Both the position numbers and the translations under genes were made by a program. Below the pieces are notes generated by a model, which did not search any database, had not been told where the DNA came from, and worked only from the letters and a program-made list of their open reading frames with translations. Positions 33,830-49,925 of a stretch of DNA of 64,000 bases are shown piece after piece (position 1 is the first letter of the stretch; each line of letters starts with the position of its first letter). Origin of the DNA: the human T2T-CHM13v2.0 reference genome, Homo sapiens; the NCBI RefSeq assembly GCF_009914755.1, contig NC_060946.1. One strand, given 5' to 3'.

Positions 33830-33873
33830 AGGCGGAGACCCGACAGAGGCTGCTACGCACCGTCAAGAAGGAG
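33830..33873 (+). CDS. SGSM1: SGSM1 exon 2 (44 nt; EAETRQRLLRTVKKE)
   Basis: Branch-point CTGAC at 33798-33802, pyrimidine tract, acceptor ...gtcccacag|AG, and donor GAG|GTGGGT at 33874. Frame is preserved (19+44=63 nt). Confidence 0.93.
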
Positions 33874-34649
33874 GTGGGTGCCGGGGTGGGGGCACTGGGC
33901 AGGACTCCCCCGGCAGCAGCGGCCAAACGGGAAAAGAGTCTTCGTGGAAGGGTGGCCTCTGGCGGCGGGGGGGCGGCCAGAACAGGTGTGGGGCTCACCT
34001 GGGTGGGCATTGACCTCCCGCAGGGCAGGAGGCGCAGCGAGGGAGTTTGGGGGTGGGCGTAGGTGTGGGGAGGCTTTGGCCCATTTGAGGCTTTTTGCGG
34101 GGGCGGATGCAGCGTGAGGGCCCTCCAGGTGTGGGGCACACCTGGATGTATCCCGATAGGACCTCCTCTTGTGGAGGAGCAGGTGGGCGCGGCTCAGGAA
34201 GGGGACCTTCCAAGAGAGAGAAGCTGCTAGGGGGACGCCCCCCACAGGGTGTGCTGGAGGAGGGGCTCTGAATGGGGCTGCCGAAGGTGGGGCACGCTTC
34301 AGGAAAAGGCAGAAGGAAAATAAAACCTCCCTTCCCAGCCCCCGAATTCTCAGTCCTTGGAGCCACCTCCAAGAGCCAGGGGACTCCCTCCCTGAGAGTC
34401 ACGGGTCAGTGAGCTGCTCCCCTGGCAGTAGGGGTCCCTTCACTCCCCCCGCCCCACTCCCACCCCACATTCAGAGGGTGAGAATCAGAGAGGTTCTGCC
34501 ATTCCTCTGCCCCTCCACTCTCCTTGGGGTCAGCGCGTGGAGAGGGGGGCAGTCTAGTCTTTAGGGCTCATGGCCAATGACCTCCCAGAACCCCATAGAC
34601 AGAATTTATAGTCCTTGGGGTAGCATCTCGATGCCTGGACTGCGTGCTC

Positions 34650-35312
34650 TGGTGTGTATACCTGCATGGGTGAGGACCTGTGGCTGTGAGTGTGTGCGTA
34701 TGAGAATGTCTGTGCATCTGTCTGGAGATACCTAAGTGTATCTCTTTGCACTGTGTGTACACGTATCTATGTGTGTCTTTGTATCTGTTTTTGTGAGGGT
34801 GGGTCTGTGTGTGTATATTGTGTGGTGCATGAGTCTGTGAATGAGTGATGCTGTGAGTGTGTGTGTGTATCTTGAGTAGGTGTGTGGCATGTGATGCATG
34901 AGTCTGCATGAATAACTAGGGCTGTGACTCCGTCTGTGTGCGTGTGTCTTGTGTGTTGCCCTCCCCATTCTTCAGTCTCAGACCCCATTGCTGCTGTGTC
35001 TTCATCACTTTTGAACCTTATCAGCGCTTAGCCCAAGGCCTTGCATGGCAGCAGACATCGTGGGCTGGCCTGGTTTCTGGGCCTGGCTTTCAGTGTGTGT
35101 GTGTGTACATGCGTGCATGTGTGTGTATGTGTTGGGGGTGTTGGCTGAGGTGGCAGCATCAAGCATCACTGATGACCCCTCCTTCCCTGCACAGTGGCAG
35201 ACAGCCACCAAGGGCAGCCTCGAGGCTTGGACCTGTTGCTGCTCCTCCGTCCTCCGGGAGCATGAGTATGTGCCTGCGTGTGTGTGTGTGTGTGTGTGTG
35301 TCTCTGTGTGTG
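34650..35312. repeat. TG-rich low-complexity tracts, including (TG)n at ~35278-35300
   Basis: Visible degenerate and perfect TG runs. Confidence 0.9.
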
Positions 35313-37912
35313 GCATGTCCTATTTTGTTTAAAGAATGAGCTCCAGGGCTGCTTGCACATTCTAGCATTTTCGAATGAGACATGCAAAATACATTGGATC
35401 CCTCAGAAAGGCCCAGAAGTTTTCAGCTCAGCCCTTGTATAGACTCCTGTGGGTATTCCAAGGGAGATCCATCTAGAACCTCTTATCTTTTTTTTTTCTT
35501 GGTGTTTTTTTTTTTTTTTTGAGACGGAGTCTCGCTCTGTTGCCCAGGATAGAGTACAGTGGCACAGTCTCCACTCACTAAAAACTCCACCTCCTGGGTT
35601 CACGCCATTCTCCTGCCTCAGCCTCCCAAGTAGCTGAGACTACAGGAGCCACCATGTCCGGCTAATTTTTTATTTTTTTATTTTTAGTAGAGACGGGGTT
35701 TCACCACGTTAGCCAGGATGGTCTCGATCTCCTGACCTCGTGATCGCCTGCCTCGGCCTCCCAAAGTGCTGGAATTACAGGCGTGAGCCACTGCTCCCAG
35801 CCTAGAACCTCTTTTCAATAGAACTCACAGACCAACAACATCCTTGTCACTTTCAGTGGAGGGGCATGTACCTTACAAAGCACCTGCTGTCTTTTTGTTC
35901 GTGGTTTAACCAGACCTACGTGTAATATGTGTCCCCGAGATGTTTTTGCCTGGGGTAGCTTTGTTTTTAAGGCAATGGTTGGTTGAATGGGGAGGGGGCT
36001 GCAGGCAGAAGAGAACACCAGTAAGACATCTGGGGAAGGCTCTGGCTGAGGCCCAGGTCCCAGCTCAGCTACCATCTTCCTCAGTTTCCTGCGCAGGTTC
36101 CTTCTTCTCTCTAGGAGTCAGTTTCTCCATCTGCAGAAGGATGCATTAGTATCAGTGTCCTCTAAGGTCTGACCCGTGTCAGTCTAGTTTGGGTCTTGGG
36201 CTCAAAGAGGGGGAATAACTTGCCCAAGAGCACACAGCCAAGATGGGACAGAGTTGGGACTTACCCCCCAGGTCTTTTTGATGTCAGAGCCACACTCTGA
36301 CCCTCCCATCCCACAAACATGCTCATCCAAATCTACACGGTGCCACACCTTGGACAGAATGTGTGGGCAGTACAGTTTCTACTGTACAGATGAGAACACT
36401 GTGGCCCAGAGACAATAAGTGACATTTCAAGGGCACAGAACCAGTGTGAGGGAACAGGTTCCGTTCTTCTGTCTTTTGAGTTCCTATTCAACATAGGTAC
36501 CCTAAGAACATGGCAACAACTCGGTGCCCCCCAAAGCACGTCTCCCCTGTCCTTTCCTTCCTTTGCTTACCTCTTTGGGGAGCATCTCTCTCAGTGTCAG
36601 AGAGCCAGTCTCTAGTGGAACAGAAGGGAAAGCTCTTTGCCTAGAAATCTGAGAGTCAAATCAGATCTCCCTCCTCCCCACTCTCTGGGTTCAAAGGAGC
36701 CACATCTCTGCCTGTCACAGCCTCACCCAGAGACTGCATTGTATGTACACATATCTACATGTGTCTGTGTGTATATCTGTCTTCTGTGTGTACATCTGTT
36801 TCCCCAGCCTTCTTTCTAGAAGGAGTGCCTTAACAATCGACATCTCTAGATAGGCTGGGCAGCTCTGCAAGGTTTGCCAGAGCCACTGCAGCCACGAAGG
36901 GGCCAACAGAGGCTGGGAGCTGGAAACTGTCCAGTGCTGGCCTGGGGAGCCAGCTGGACACAGCACCCATGAGGCAGGTCAAGAAGAACTTTGGGCTCAA
37001 CTAGAGCTGGATTCCAACCCCAGATGTGTTTATTTACTGAGGGCTGTGTGTCAGACCCTGGGCTAGGTTCTGTGGATATAGCAGGGACAGGCCCCTTGTA
37101 GATGGGCCCTGTCCCTGTCCTCCTGGGGCTGACCTTGCAGCGGAGGAAACACACTCCCAACAGTTACCTTATCAAAATTACAAGGATAATTACAGGCTGT
37201 GAACAGAGATGTGAAGGAGAGGCACCCGGGGCTGCAAGAACCCAAAACAGGGACAACTGACCATGTGCAGGGGCCCAGGATATGACGTTTCAGAAGACAG
37301 GTGCAAGATGAGTAGGACTTTAAGGTGAAGATAAGAGGGTTGAGAGACACTAAGAAAAACCATTCCTGGCAGAAGGTTTTGTACATGCAGAAGCTTTGTG
37401 GCTGGAGGGAACACTGTGAATTTGAAGGAACCGAAGTGACCGGAGCAGAGACAAAGGAGAAAGGTGCAGATGCGGAGAAGGCGGAACATGTGGTCTTATC
37501 CCAAAAGCAAGGGAAAGGAATGGGGAGGACATCGAGAACAGGGAAAGAAGGTGATGGAGCTGAAATTGCTGGCCTGTTCACTGCACAATCTTAGACAAGA
37601 TCTGTCTTTACCTTTATCAGTGTGTGGGTTTCCGTTTATTCATAATGGGGATGAAAATGATTCAGCTGGCAAGATAAACCCTGCGAGAACACCCACCACG
37701 TTAGCCTGAGCTCCTCCAGGGCAAGCATCCTTTTTTTTTTTCCCTCTGTCCTCGGTACCACCAAGAGAAAGCTGGAAACAAGGTGGCCTCAGCGTGATTT
37801 CCTCCAGTTAAATCTGACCAGCTCTATCTTGGCTCCTTCCTGGCTTCCTTTACCCTCCCTGCCAACCCTTAATTTTGTTTTGGTTCCCAGAGCGAGCAGG
37901 GACTGGCTTCCC

Positions 37913-37926
37913 GTTGCCATAACAAC
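37913..37926. promoter_or_regulatory. RFX X-box motif
   Basis: GTTGCCATAACAAC is a 12/14 match to the palindromic X-box GTTGCCATGGCAAC and lies in apparently non-repeat sequence. Confidence 0.55.
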
Positions 37927-38332
37927 TGCCATTAAAGGAGCCAGCCATGTGATGCCAGTTGATAATGGAAGCAAAGTGACTAACTGCCTTGTTTTCCTGC
38001 CTCTGGGCTGGGCCTAGAAAGCCTCTTAATTGGAGGGGAGAATGCAGGGGCTGGTGGGAGGCAGATGAGACCCCAGGAAGGAGACAGGGAGATGAGGCAG
38101 GTCCTGGAGGGGAAGCTACATTTAGCTCTGCGACCGGAGCTGGTGGAAGGGCTGTAATTGGGGAGCCATCATCATAGCTGCTGAACAGAGCCTGTTTGGA
38201 GAACTGAGCCTCCCAGCCTCTGGGTTAGGGGTGATGAGATGGGAGAGGCAGGCAGGACTTGCTAAGAAGGTTGGAGAAAAACGAGAGAAGCAATTGACGT
38301 TACCATGGGGACCCTGCAGTTTTACTGTGACC

Positions 38333-38620
38333 CAGTGGTTCTTAATGAAGGGGAGCAGTTTTGTCTCCCGTCCCTAGGTTTGGTTGCCAGATAACATCCA
38401 GGTCGCCCAGTTAAATTTGACTTTCAGATAAACAGTGAGTAAGTTTTTAGTATGAGTATGTGTTGCTAAATCTGGCAACCCTACTCCAGGGGACATTTGG
38501 CAATGTCTGGAAACATTTTTGGTTGTCACAGTTGGGGGTGCTATCAGCATCTAGTGGGAAGAGGCCAGGGATGCTGCTCACATTCCTGCAATACACAAGA
38601 CACCCCCTCAGCCCACCACC
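38333..38620. mobile_element. MER20 with an internally deleted MER53 inserted (~38375-38483)
   Basis: MER20 motifs caggggacatttggcaatgtctggaaacatttttggttgtcac; MER53 terminal repeats ggttgccagat...atctggcaaccct. Confidence 0.75.
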
Positions 38621-39091
38621 ACTAGGAGCACAAAGAAGTGGCCAGCCCAGAATAACTCTTGTTAAGGCAGGAAAATCTGCTCCCCGCTCACCCTACCCAT
38701 CCTGCACCTGCTGCGCCCTTCACTTCTCTAGGCTAATTTGATACGAATGTACTGTTCTTGAACAACTCATTCTTACTGCTTTTAGATTGTCTTGAATGCA
38801 TATTTGGAGTCTAAAGCCGGGGTGGGGGTGGGCAGGGGCAGGGAACGAAGTCTTGGCTCCCTAGCCATGTCATTTAGGGGAAACTTCCCCAGAATGCCTC
38901 AGTTTCTCACCTGTAAAATGGACTTAGGCCATAGAAGAGAGATTGGACTATGTAATAACATTAGCAATTCCTGGCCGGGCACTGTGGCTCATGCCTGTAA
39001 TCCCAGCCCTTTGGGAGGCCAAGGTGGGATGATCACTTCAGGCTTGGAGTTTGGGACCAGCCTGGGCAACATAGCAAGACCCCCATCTCTA

Positions 39092-39337
<246 letters not shown>

Positions 39338-39340
39338 TCA

Positions 39341-39589
<249 letters not shown>

Positions 39590-40189
39590 TTAGGCATTCC
39601 TAATTTCCTACGTGTTTGCTGGGGGCTTCTGGCTTCCTCTGTGCTGGGCATTGTGCCATGAACTTTCTGAGCATTATCCCCTTCACTCCTCATAAAAGCC
39701 CTAAGGGAGAGAACCATCATCTCTTTCCATGATAGATGAGGAACTGGAGGCAGAGAGATGTTATGCAGCTCGCTTTAAGGTCCCACTGTCAGTCCGTGGA
39801 GAAGTCAGGATTCAAACCTCATGTTGCCAAGATCTAGGGGGATGGCCTCATGACCTTGGCTTACAGTGGGCAGTGGTGGGGAGCTATGAGCTTCAGAAAA
39901 GTCCCTGGAAACACAGCTTGGCTTCAGGCATGTGCAGGGGAAGGAAATGGGGCAGGAAAGGTCCATTAGTCCCAGCTTGTGCAGGGCTGTATGTGCCAGG
40001 CTGTGCCATTTGAACTTCCCATAGTGGATAATGGGGAGCTATAGAAGATTTATGAGCAAGGGAGGGTTTTGCTTAGGGCTGTACTTCAGGAAGTTTCAGC
40101 TAATAGCAGGGACCAGGATAGACAGTTTCTGCCAACTCTTAGAAGAAAACTTTCTCCCTCCCTCTGTTATTTTCTTTCTCCCCCACTTC

Positions 40190-40740
40190 CATTCTTCCTT
40201 CCTTCCTCCCACAAATATTTATCAAGCATCTACTATGTGCCAGGCCCTGTTCTACAAGCTGCAAACTGAGAAGTGAGTAAAGCAATGTCTTTGCTCATAT
40301 GCCCTCATTCAGTGTACAGTATAGTGGCAGGAGGGCATATAGAGAAAACAAGAAATATGTATTAAAGGTAACAAGAGCTCCAAGGAAAATAACGGCTGGA
40401 AGAGATGGGAAAGGCTTGCCAGAGGAGGTGGTCAGGGATGGCCTCACTGATGGGATGGTGTTTGAGCAGAGACCTGAAGGAAGGAAGGGAGCAGTGTCAA
40501 CATCTACAGGAAGTGTGTGCCTGGCAGAGGGAATAGCGTATGCAGAGGCTGTGAGTTGGGAACAGACCAGCTGGGAGGCCAGTGAGGCTGGAGTGAAGTA
40601 AACAAGAGTAGAGATGAGGTTTGAGAGAGTGGGAGGCTGATTGTTCAAGACCTTGTCCATCGAAGGCATCGAAGGCTTTGGCTTTGACTCTGGTGAGATA
40701 GGAGCCATGGGAGTATTCTGAGCAGGGGAGGAACAGGCAA
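40190..40740 (-). mobile_element. L2 fragment (one of many L2/MIR relics, e.g. ~24.2-24.7k, 37.0-37.5k, 48.1-48.4k, 62.9-63.4k)
   Basis: Reverse L2 3' end: aaatatttatcaagcatctactatgtgccaggc...gagcagagacctgaagg. Confidence 0.75.
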
Positions 40741-41657
40741 GTTTTGGGGACAAGTTGAGAGGAAGCAAAGACACCAGATCATCAGATAAGACAGGAAACG
40801 TCTGCCTTTGCTAAGCTTTTCCATTCTTGGGCTGGAATCACAGCCCCCCACCCACTACTCGCCCCACTGTGCCAAGGAGAGACTCCAAAAATGCATGTGC
40901 TTGAATGAATGCAGGAATGCCAGGTGGGCTATTTTGGGGCTCTCCGATGCTGGCAGGATTGACTCAAATCAGCTTGCGTGTGTCGTGTTTGCTGGCTTAA
41001 GAGGGCAGAAACGCTCCTCATGAATAATGCAGCCATATCCACCCGATGCGTTTTGATGCTTTTTCAGGTCTCTGGCAACCTGGCTTCTGGGAGCTTTTGC
41101 TAGTGATGAGCATCTGTGGCAGCTTAGGCACCCTGGTTCGATGTGGTGAGGATGGCAGGAGGGCCCCTGGCTTGCCTGGCTGTGTCTCTTGTACCATATG
41201 GCTGGGTCTCCCCCAGCCACCTCATGAGGTGCTCCAGGAGCTGGTGGTAGCATTTGTTGCTGGCTGGCCGGTAGGAAAGGGCATTTTGGTCACCCCTAAG
41301 GGCCCGCAGTTGCTGTCTGCAGAGCCCAGGATGGGAGGTGAGGAGACCTGTGTCCTTGTTCCAGTTCTGACCCCAACAATGCTTGTGGCTCCTAACAGGT
41401 CCCTTCTCAAGGTCTCACTTTCCTGCTTTCTAAGTGGACGAGGTTGGACAGCTCCAGGATTCCAAGAACCTCAACTCATCTAATTTGGCCAGTGTCACTC
41501 TCTGAGAGCCAAGTCTTTGTTTTTTCCACTCTGAATTTGCCAAGTATTTATTCAAGACTAATTAAAACTAAGTAGCTGGTAAGACTTTTGGAGTGCCTTC
41601 AGTTCACTCAAGGAAAACCAGGGCTTAACTAATGTCATTCTAATGGGATAAAGATTA

Positions 41658-41689
<32 letters not shown>

Positions 41690-42631
41690 CTAGCATATAC
41701 TGGCATTTTATATTGATGACCTCATTTAATTATTGATCCCCCATGAAGTAGATAAAATCCCCTCTTTTATGGATAAGGAAATCGAGGCACAGAGATGGCA
41801 AGGAGTTCGCCCTAAGGTCTCAGAGATTGTTGTTGGTACAGCAAGGGGTCTGGCTGCACAATCCTCCTCTGTATCACTCTTGAGCTAAAGCCAGCAATCC
41901 ACACAGGGTTCCAAGCTCCACCGAGAGTGTGGGGTCAGGGAGAAGGCCACAACAGCAAGGGCCTCAATTACCACTATGCTATCACTGTCAGGCAGTTGGC
42001 AGTATTTATGGAGGGGTCAGGCACACCGCGTGGCTCACCCTTTTGGGAGTAAGATGGACTCAGTCCCAAAAGGACACTTTGCCGCCCTTTCTGGTCACAT
42101 CTGAACTTAAAAGATGCCCTCAGCACAGGATCTTGCTGTCTCTAGGTAAGCCCTGACCTGGAGGTGCTACAGCCCCCAGGGCAGTGCTGTGGAATTTAGT
42201 CAGAAGAGATATTTCTTGAGGTCCAAAGGGACAAGCCCTCTAATGGGCTGAGTCTTGGCTGGCTGCATCGCCATCATGGGGAGGGCAGCTGGGTCTTCCC
42301 TCTGAGGCTGGCTGCCCATCAGCTCCTGGAGACAGTCCCTCAGCCTAAGGAGCTCAGAGTCCCTGGTGACTTTCCTGGCCCTGCACTTGGTTGCTGTGCA
42401 CCCCTGGACAAGGGGGCTAAGAATGCTAAACTCAGATGTGGGGCAGTGTATTTTTCTTTCACTTAGTGATATAGAAGATGAGATGAATAGATTTCTATGT
42501 TTTTTCTTTGCACAATTTTGCAGGAACTCAGATTGTGGGTATTTGCAAAGAACAGTAACAGTTCCTTTTGCAGTAAGGCCTCATTGAGAAAATGGATAGC
42601 TGAGGTCCTGAGAGTTCAAGAGACTTGGTGA

Positions 42632-43419
42632 TGTTACCAAAATGCTGGGGTGTTGGTGTGGGTCCTGCTGCTGGCCACACAGAAGGCCAATCACTGAGAT
42701 AAGTATTGCCCGGGAAGAAGTCTTTAGTTGAGTCCCGCAGCCGAAGAGATGGGAGATCAGGCTCACATCTATCTTCCTGACCAACTAAACTCAGAGGTTT
42801 ATATAGCAGGAAGAAAATTTAAGTGCATGGAAGAAAACTGGAATTAGAGGGGCTGGGTGCAGTGGCTCACGCCTGTGATTCCAGCACTTTGGGAGGCCGA
42901 GGCAGGCGGATCACGAGTTCAGGAGATCAGGACCATCCTGGATAACATGGTGAAACCCTGTCTCTACTAAAAAAATACAAAAAAATTAGCCGGGCGTGGT
43001 GGCGGGCGCCTGTAGTCCCAGCTACTCAGGAGGCTGAGGTAGGAGAATGGCGTGAACCTGGGAAGCAGAGCTTGGCAGTGAGACGAGATGGCGCCACTGG
43101 AGGGCGAAAGAGTGAGACTGTGTCTCAAAAAACAAACAAACTGGAATTAGAGAGGGGTAAGGAAAAGGAGTTGGTCAGCAGGAAGCAGGTGGTGGGTTAT
43201 GCAGTCATGCTGGGTAAGGGGTGTTGCATCTCTGTCCAGATGCAATGATCTGGTAAGTTTCAGTTCCTTGGGGGAGGCCTGATGTTTGGTTTCCTGAGAA
43301 AGGAACTCAGATAAGACAAATGTAACTTTCTGGAGTTTTAAAACTGGGAGGGTCAGTTTCTATGTATATTCAAAAGAAACCATAAACATTAGTTCTATGG
43401 GATAGTTGGGCCAGTTTCA
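42632..43419 (-). mobile_element. Complete ERV1-class solo LTR (LTR26-like, subfamily uncertain) with an internal AluY
   Basis: Minus strand reads TGAAACTGGCCC...GGTAACA. Perfect 4-bp TSD GTGA at 42628-31 and 43420-23. TATATAAA on the minus strand at 42798-42805. Alu TSD aactggaattagag. Confidence 0.85.
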
Positions 43420-43825
43420 GTGATACTTGGGGCATTGAATGAATTCCTTTTTAATTATTATTATTTGGTAAATTATGCTTACTTGGTAAATTAGAATTGT
43501 AGCAACTACCATTTACCAAATATTGCTGTAAGTGCTTTGCTGTCTCATTTAATCCACAAAACAACCTTCCTACACAGTAGGTACGAGTAGCAACTGCTTT
43601 TTACTGACAAGGAAATTCATGCTCAGAGAGGCTAAGAAACTGAACCAGGACTACAGAGCTGAGAAACAGCAGAGCAGGGTTTGTTAGCCAGCTCCATCCT
43701 CCATCCTTTTCAAGTCGGATAAACCCTGATAAAACTAGGTAGAATGATAATAAACATAAACAAAATGAGAAAGTGAAGCTAAAAAATTGATTTCTTTTTT
43801 TTCTTTCTTTTTTTTTTTTTTTTGA

Positions 43826-44084
<259 letters not shown>

Positions 44085-44638
44085 TAAGTGTTTGGGAAGT
44101 TCAGGTGCACCTATATCCAGGGGCGCCAATGATGTCATCAGGACACTGTCTCTTGCCATCTCTCTGCATTGCCTTCTTCTGTTTTGGCATTATGCTCAGC
44201 CTCTCTGTGGGGAGGTAGAGTGTTGCCCAGCAGCTCTAGGGGCACATTCTGCCAGCTTGGCATTTCTGCAGAAAAGAAAACCTTCTCTTCCTAAGGGTTC
44301 TAGCCAAAGTCTTGGGATTTGGTCTCACTGGACCACTGTGGGTCACTTGCTTCTTTTGTGCCAGTCACAGTGGGATGGATTGCTCCACTTGGTCATGGGG
44401 GGGTGAGGGGTGGAGTTAGCCCTGTGAGAGTAAGGAAACGGACACCAGAGGAGAGTTACGGTGAAATCACCAGACAGGGAGATGGAAGGCAGGCAGACAA
44501 ACCACAGATGTCCACATCAAAGGGCTGAGGGCGCCTGCATTTGGAGCTCAGCCTGTGATGCGGGAGGTATACACTCCTGTGCTCTGTGCCTTCCTACAGT
44601 CCCGAGTGCTGCCTGGGGATGTACTATGTGCCAGGTGA

Positions 44639-44866
<228 letters not shown>

Positions 44867-45116
44867 TAAGTAGCTGGGATTACAGGTGCCTGCAACCACG
44901 CCTGGCTAATTTTTGTATTTTTAGTAGAGACTGGGTTTCACCATGTTGGTCAGGCTTGTCTCGAACTACTGACCTCGCGATCTTCCCACCTCAGCCTCCC
45001 CAAGTGCTGGGATTACAGGCGTGAGCCACCGCTCCCGGCCATGAGTATCCTCAGCTTTCGTCAGGACCTCTAAGCAATCCACAACCCAAATACCCAAGTA
45101 CGGTTTAGCATCACCC

Positions 45117-46095
<979 letters not shown>

Positions 46096-46348
46096 GCCAA
46101 AACATTGGGTCTGTAACTCCCTGCAGAACGGTGTGATACAGAGATGATTGCAATACGGTTTCCTGTCCTCAGTGTGCCCAGAAATGAACTGGTACCTCTT
46201 AGTTTCTAAACCAGTTCCAATAATAATAGCTTTCTGATAAAAATAACAATAATTGGCCGGGAGCAGTGGCTCACGCCTGTAATCCCAGCACTTTGGGAGA
46301 CCGAGGCGGGCGGATCATGAGGTCAGGAGATCGAGACAATCCTGGCTA

Positions 46349-46775
<427 letters not shown>

Positions 46776-48394
46776 TAGAGCATTTCTCAAAAAGCCTATC
46801 CTGTTCCAGACAGTATGCTATGCACTTTATATGCATTAGTGTATGTAATGTCAAAAGAGAGCAAACCCAAGAAGCATCAGAGGGAACAGATGAGGAAACT
46901 GAGGCCCGAGGTCACCCAGCAAATAGCAGAGCTGGAGATTGACCTGTTGATGTTTTTACTTACCCAGAGTGCCTCCCTTGATCTGGCACCAGCTATGTGC
47001 TGGGTCCTGTTTGAGGCCCTCTGCCTCTATTTATTATCCCATTTTACAGATAAGTACTATAAATTGAAGCACAGAGAAGTGAAGTGACTTGCCCAAGGTC
47101 ACACAGCTGGTAAGAGATGGAGACAGGATTTGAAACCAGTGTTAGACACACTATTGGATTGCTTCTTCTAAGGTCAGATGGAGGTGGTTAGTCCTTATCT
47201 AGAAAGGTGATAAGTGCTTTCTGATGTACCTGTGTGTGTTTTAAGCAATAATTTGGGAATTTCCTTTTCCGTTTTCTGCAGCTGCCCAAACCACCTTCCC
47301 CTCCACGCCCCCAAGTTTGGCTGTCTTCCAGGGATCTTGGGTGGGCTCCAAGTCTTTGTGTATCTTCCTCATCCATGAGGCCCCTGGGTCTGTGGAGATG
47401 GGGGTGCTGCCAGGGAAGCCAGACGCAAGCAGTGGGCAGGCACCCAGGAGGAGGCTGGCCAGTCTCCAGGGTGTGGGCTGGGAATGGAAAACGTGCAGGC
47501 TGGCTTCTCTGGGGATAGAAGGAGGCTGGGGAGTGTCTTCACAGCTCCATCCTCTCCTGTGCATGGGCGTGGCAGCCTGAAGGACCTTTATACAAGAATG
47601 TCCCCGAGAGAATGCCTTGGAATCAGGCCCCGGGGGAGCCTTCTGGTCAAGGGGTGTCTGAGGAACCTGGGCAGGGTGATAAGGGGAGGCTCATTTGTAG
47701 GAACCCCAGCCCCAGAACACCCCTTCCAGGTCATGGCAGGTTGGCTGGCCCTCACACTGTCACAGGACAATGCTGGTGCCTATTTATAGCAAGCCAGTGA
47801 ACGATTAACTCGGGCCAGGTTGGCAGCAGCCAAGTTAGCGGTGTTTGCTTCTCCCATAAGCCCCAATAACCATGTTTAGGGCAGGTTATGCGGGGAGGAA
47901 TTGGAGGAAGAATTTTTCTAATACTCTAAAGGTCCACAGGCTCTTATCATTTTTCATTCCCCCCTCCCCACTGCCACCTATCCCATGGCCTGTGTGGCTT
48001 TGTTTTTGTTACCTATGCTGTGTGGAAGTGACAGGAAAGATGGAAGGGTGTGGCAGGAGTGGCGGGGGCACGTCTGTCCTAAAACTGCATGTGAGAGGAA
48101 GTCCAGGACAGGAAACTTTGATCCATTCACCAGCATTTGCTGAGCGCCTACTGTGTACCAGACTCTGTGCTGGGCATGGCGGAGACAACAGTGAGCACAA
48201 CAGGTGAGATCCCTGCCTTCAGCCTAGAGGGCAGAGGCGGATAATGACCGTGCAAACAGATGAAGAAATGCGATGAATTCAGAAATGGATGAGAAAACAG
48301 CAATGCAGTGGGGAGAGAGAGGTTGGGATGAGTTGGGTAGGTGGCAGCTTACCTGGGCAGTCATGGCAGGCCTCTCTGAGATGGTGGCATTTGA

Positions 48395-48739
<345 letters not shown>

Positions 48740-49139
48740 TGATGATGAAAACAAGAGGCTGTGTAGAGAACTAGGAATGGCAGAGGGAATGGCAGGAGCA
48801 AAAGCACTGAGGCAGGGAGGAACGTGCAGCATTGGAGGAAGGCAAGGGAGCAGGAAGTGAGGAGGAGAGAGATGCGAGACAGGCCAGGGACAGAGTGTTC
48901 CCCTGAATGTCCCCCTGGGGAGGTGGCAGGGAAGGTTTCTGAGCTGACACCACCAGACACCTTCTCTACAAAAGCTCCAAAGTCCATTGCAAGTCATGGT
49001 GGGCTGCGGGCACAGGGGATCCCATTGCAAAGGAGGCGCTTGGCCTGTCTGCTGAAAGTCGGGATCCCTGCTAACATCTTCCATGACTGACAGTGTGAGG
49101 AAAGGACATTGCTTTCTTATTTTTCCCCCCAAAGTCTGT

Positions 49140-49925
<786 letters not shown>

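Larger units (their letters stand above)
33380..34240. promoter_or_regulatory. SGSM1: CpG island / TATA-less SGSM1 promoter and 5' UTR
   Basis: Sharp rise in GC and CpG density. GC boxes (GGGGCGG ~33555, CCCCGCCC ~33613), CRE-like TGACGTC at 33575-33581, half-CRE CGTCA at 33596-33600, GCC-rich leader at 33661-33683. Confidence 0.9.

Noticed and set aside
33228-34139. 303-aa minus-strand ORF and other overlapping ORFs across the CpG island
   Set aside because: Stop-codon depletion from extreme GC content; low-complexity A/G/P/R sequence with no recognisable domain.
34554-35387. His/Thr- and Cys/Val-rich ORFs
   Set aside because: Translations of TG/CA low-complexity repeats.
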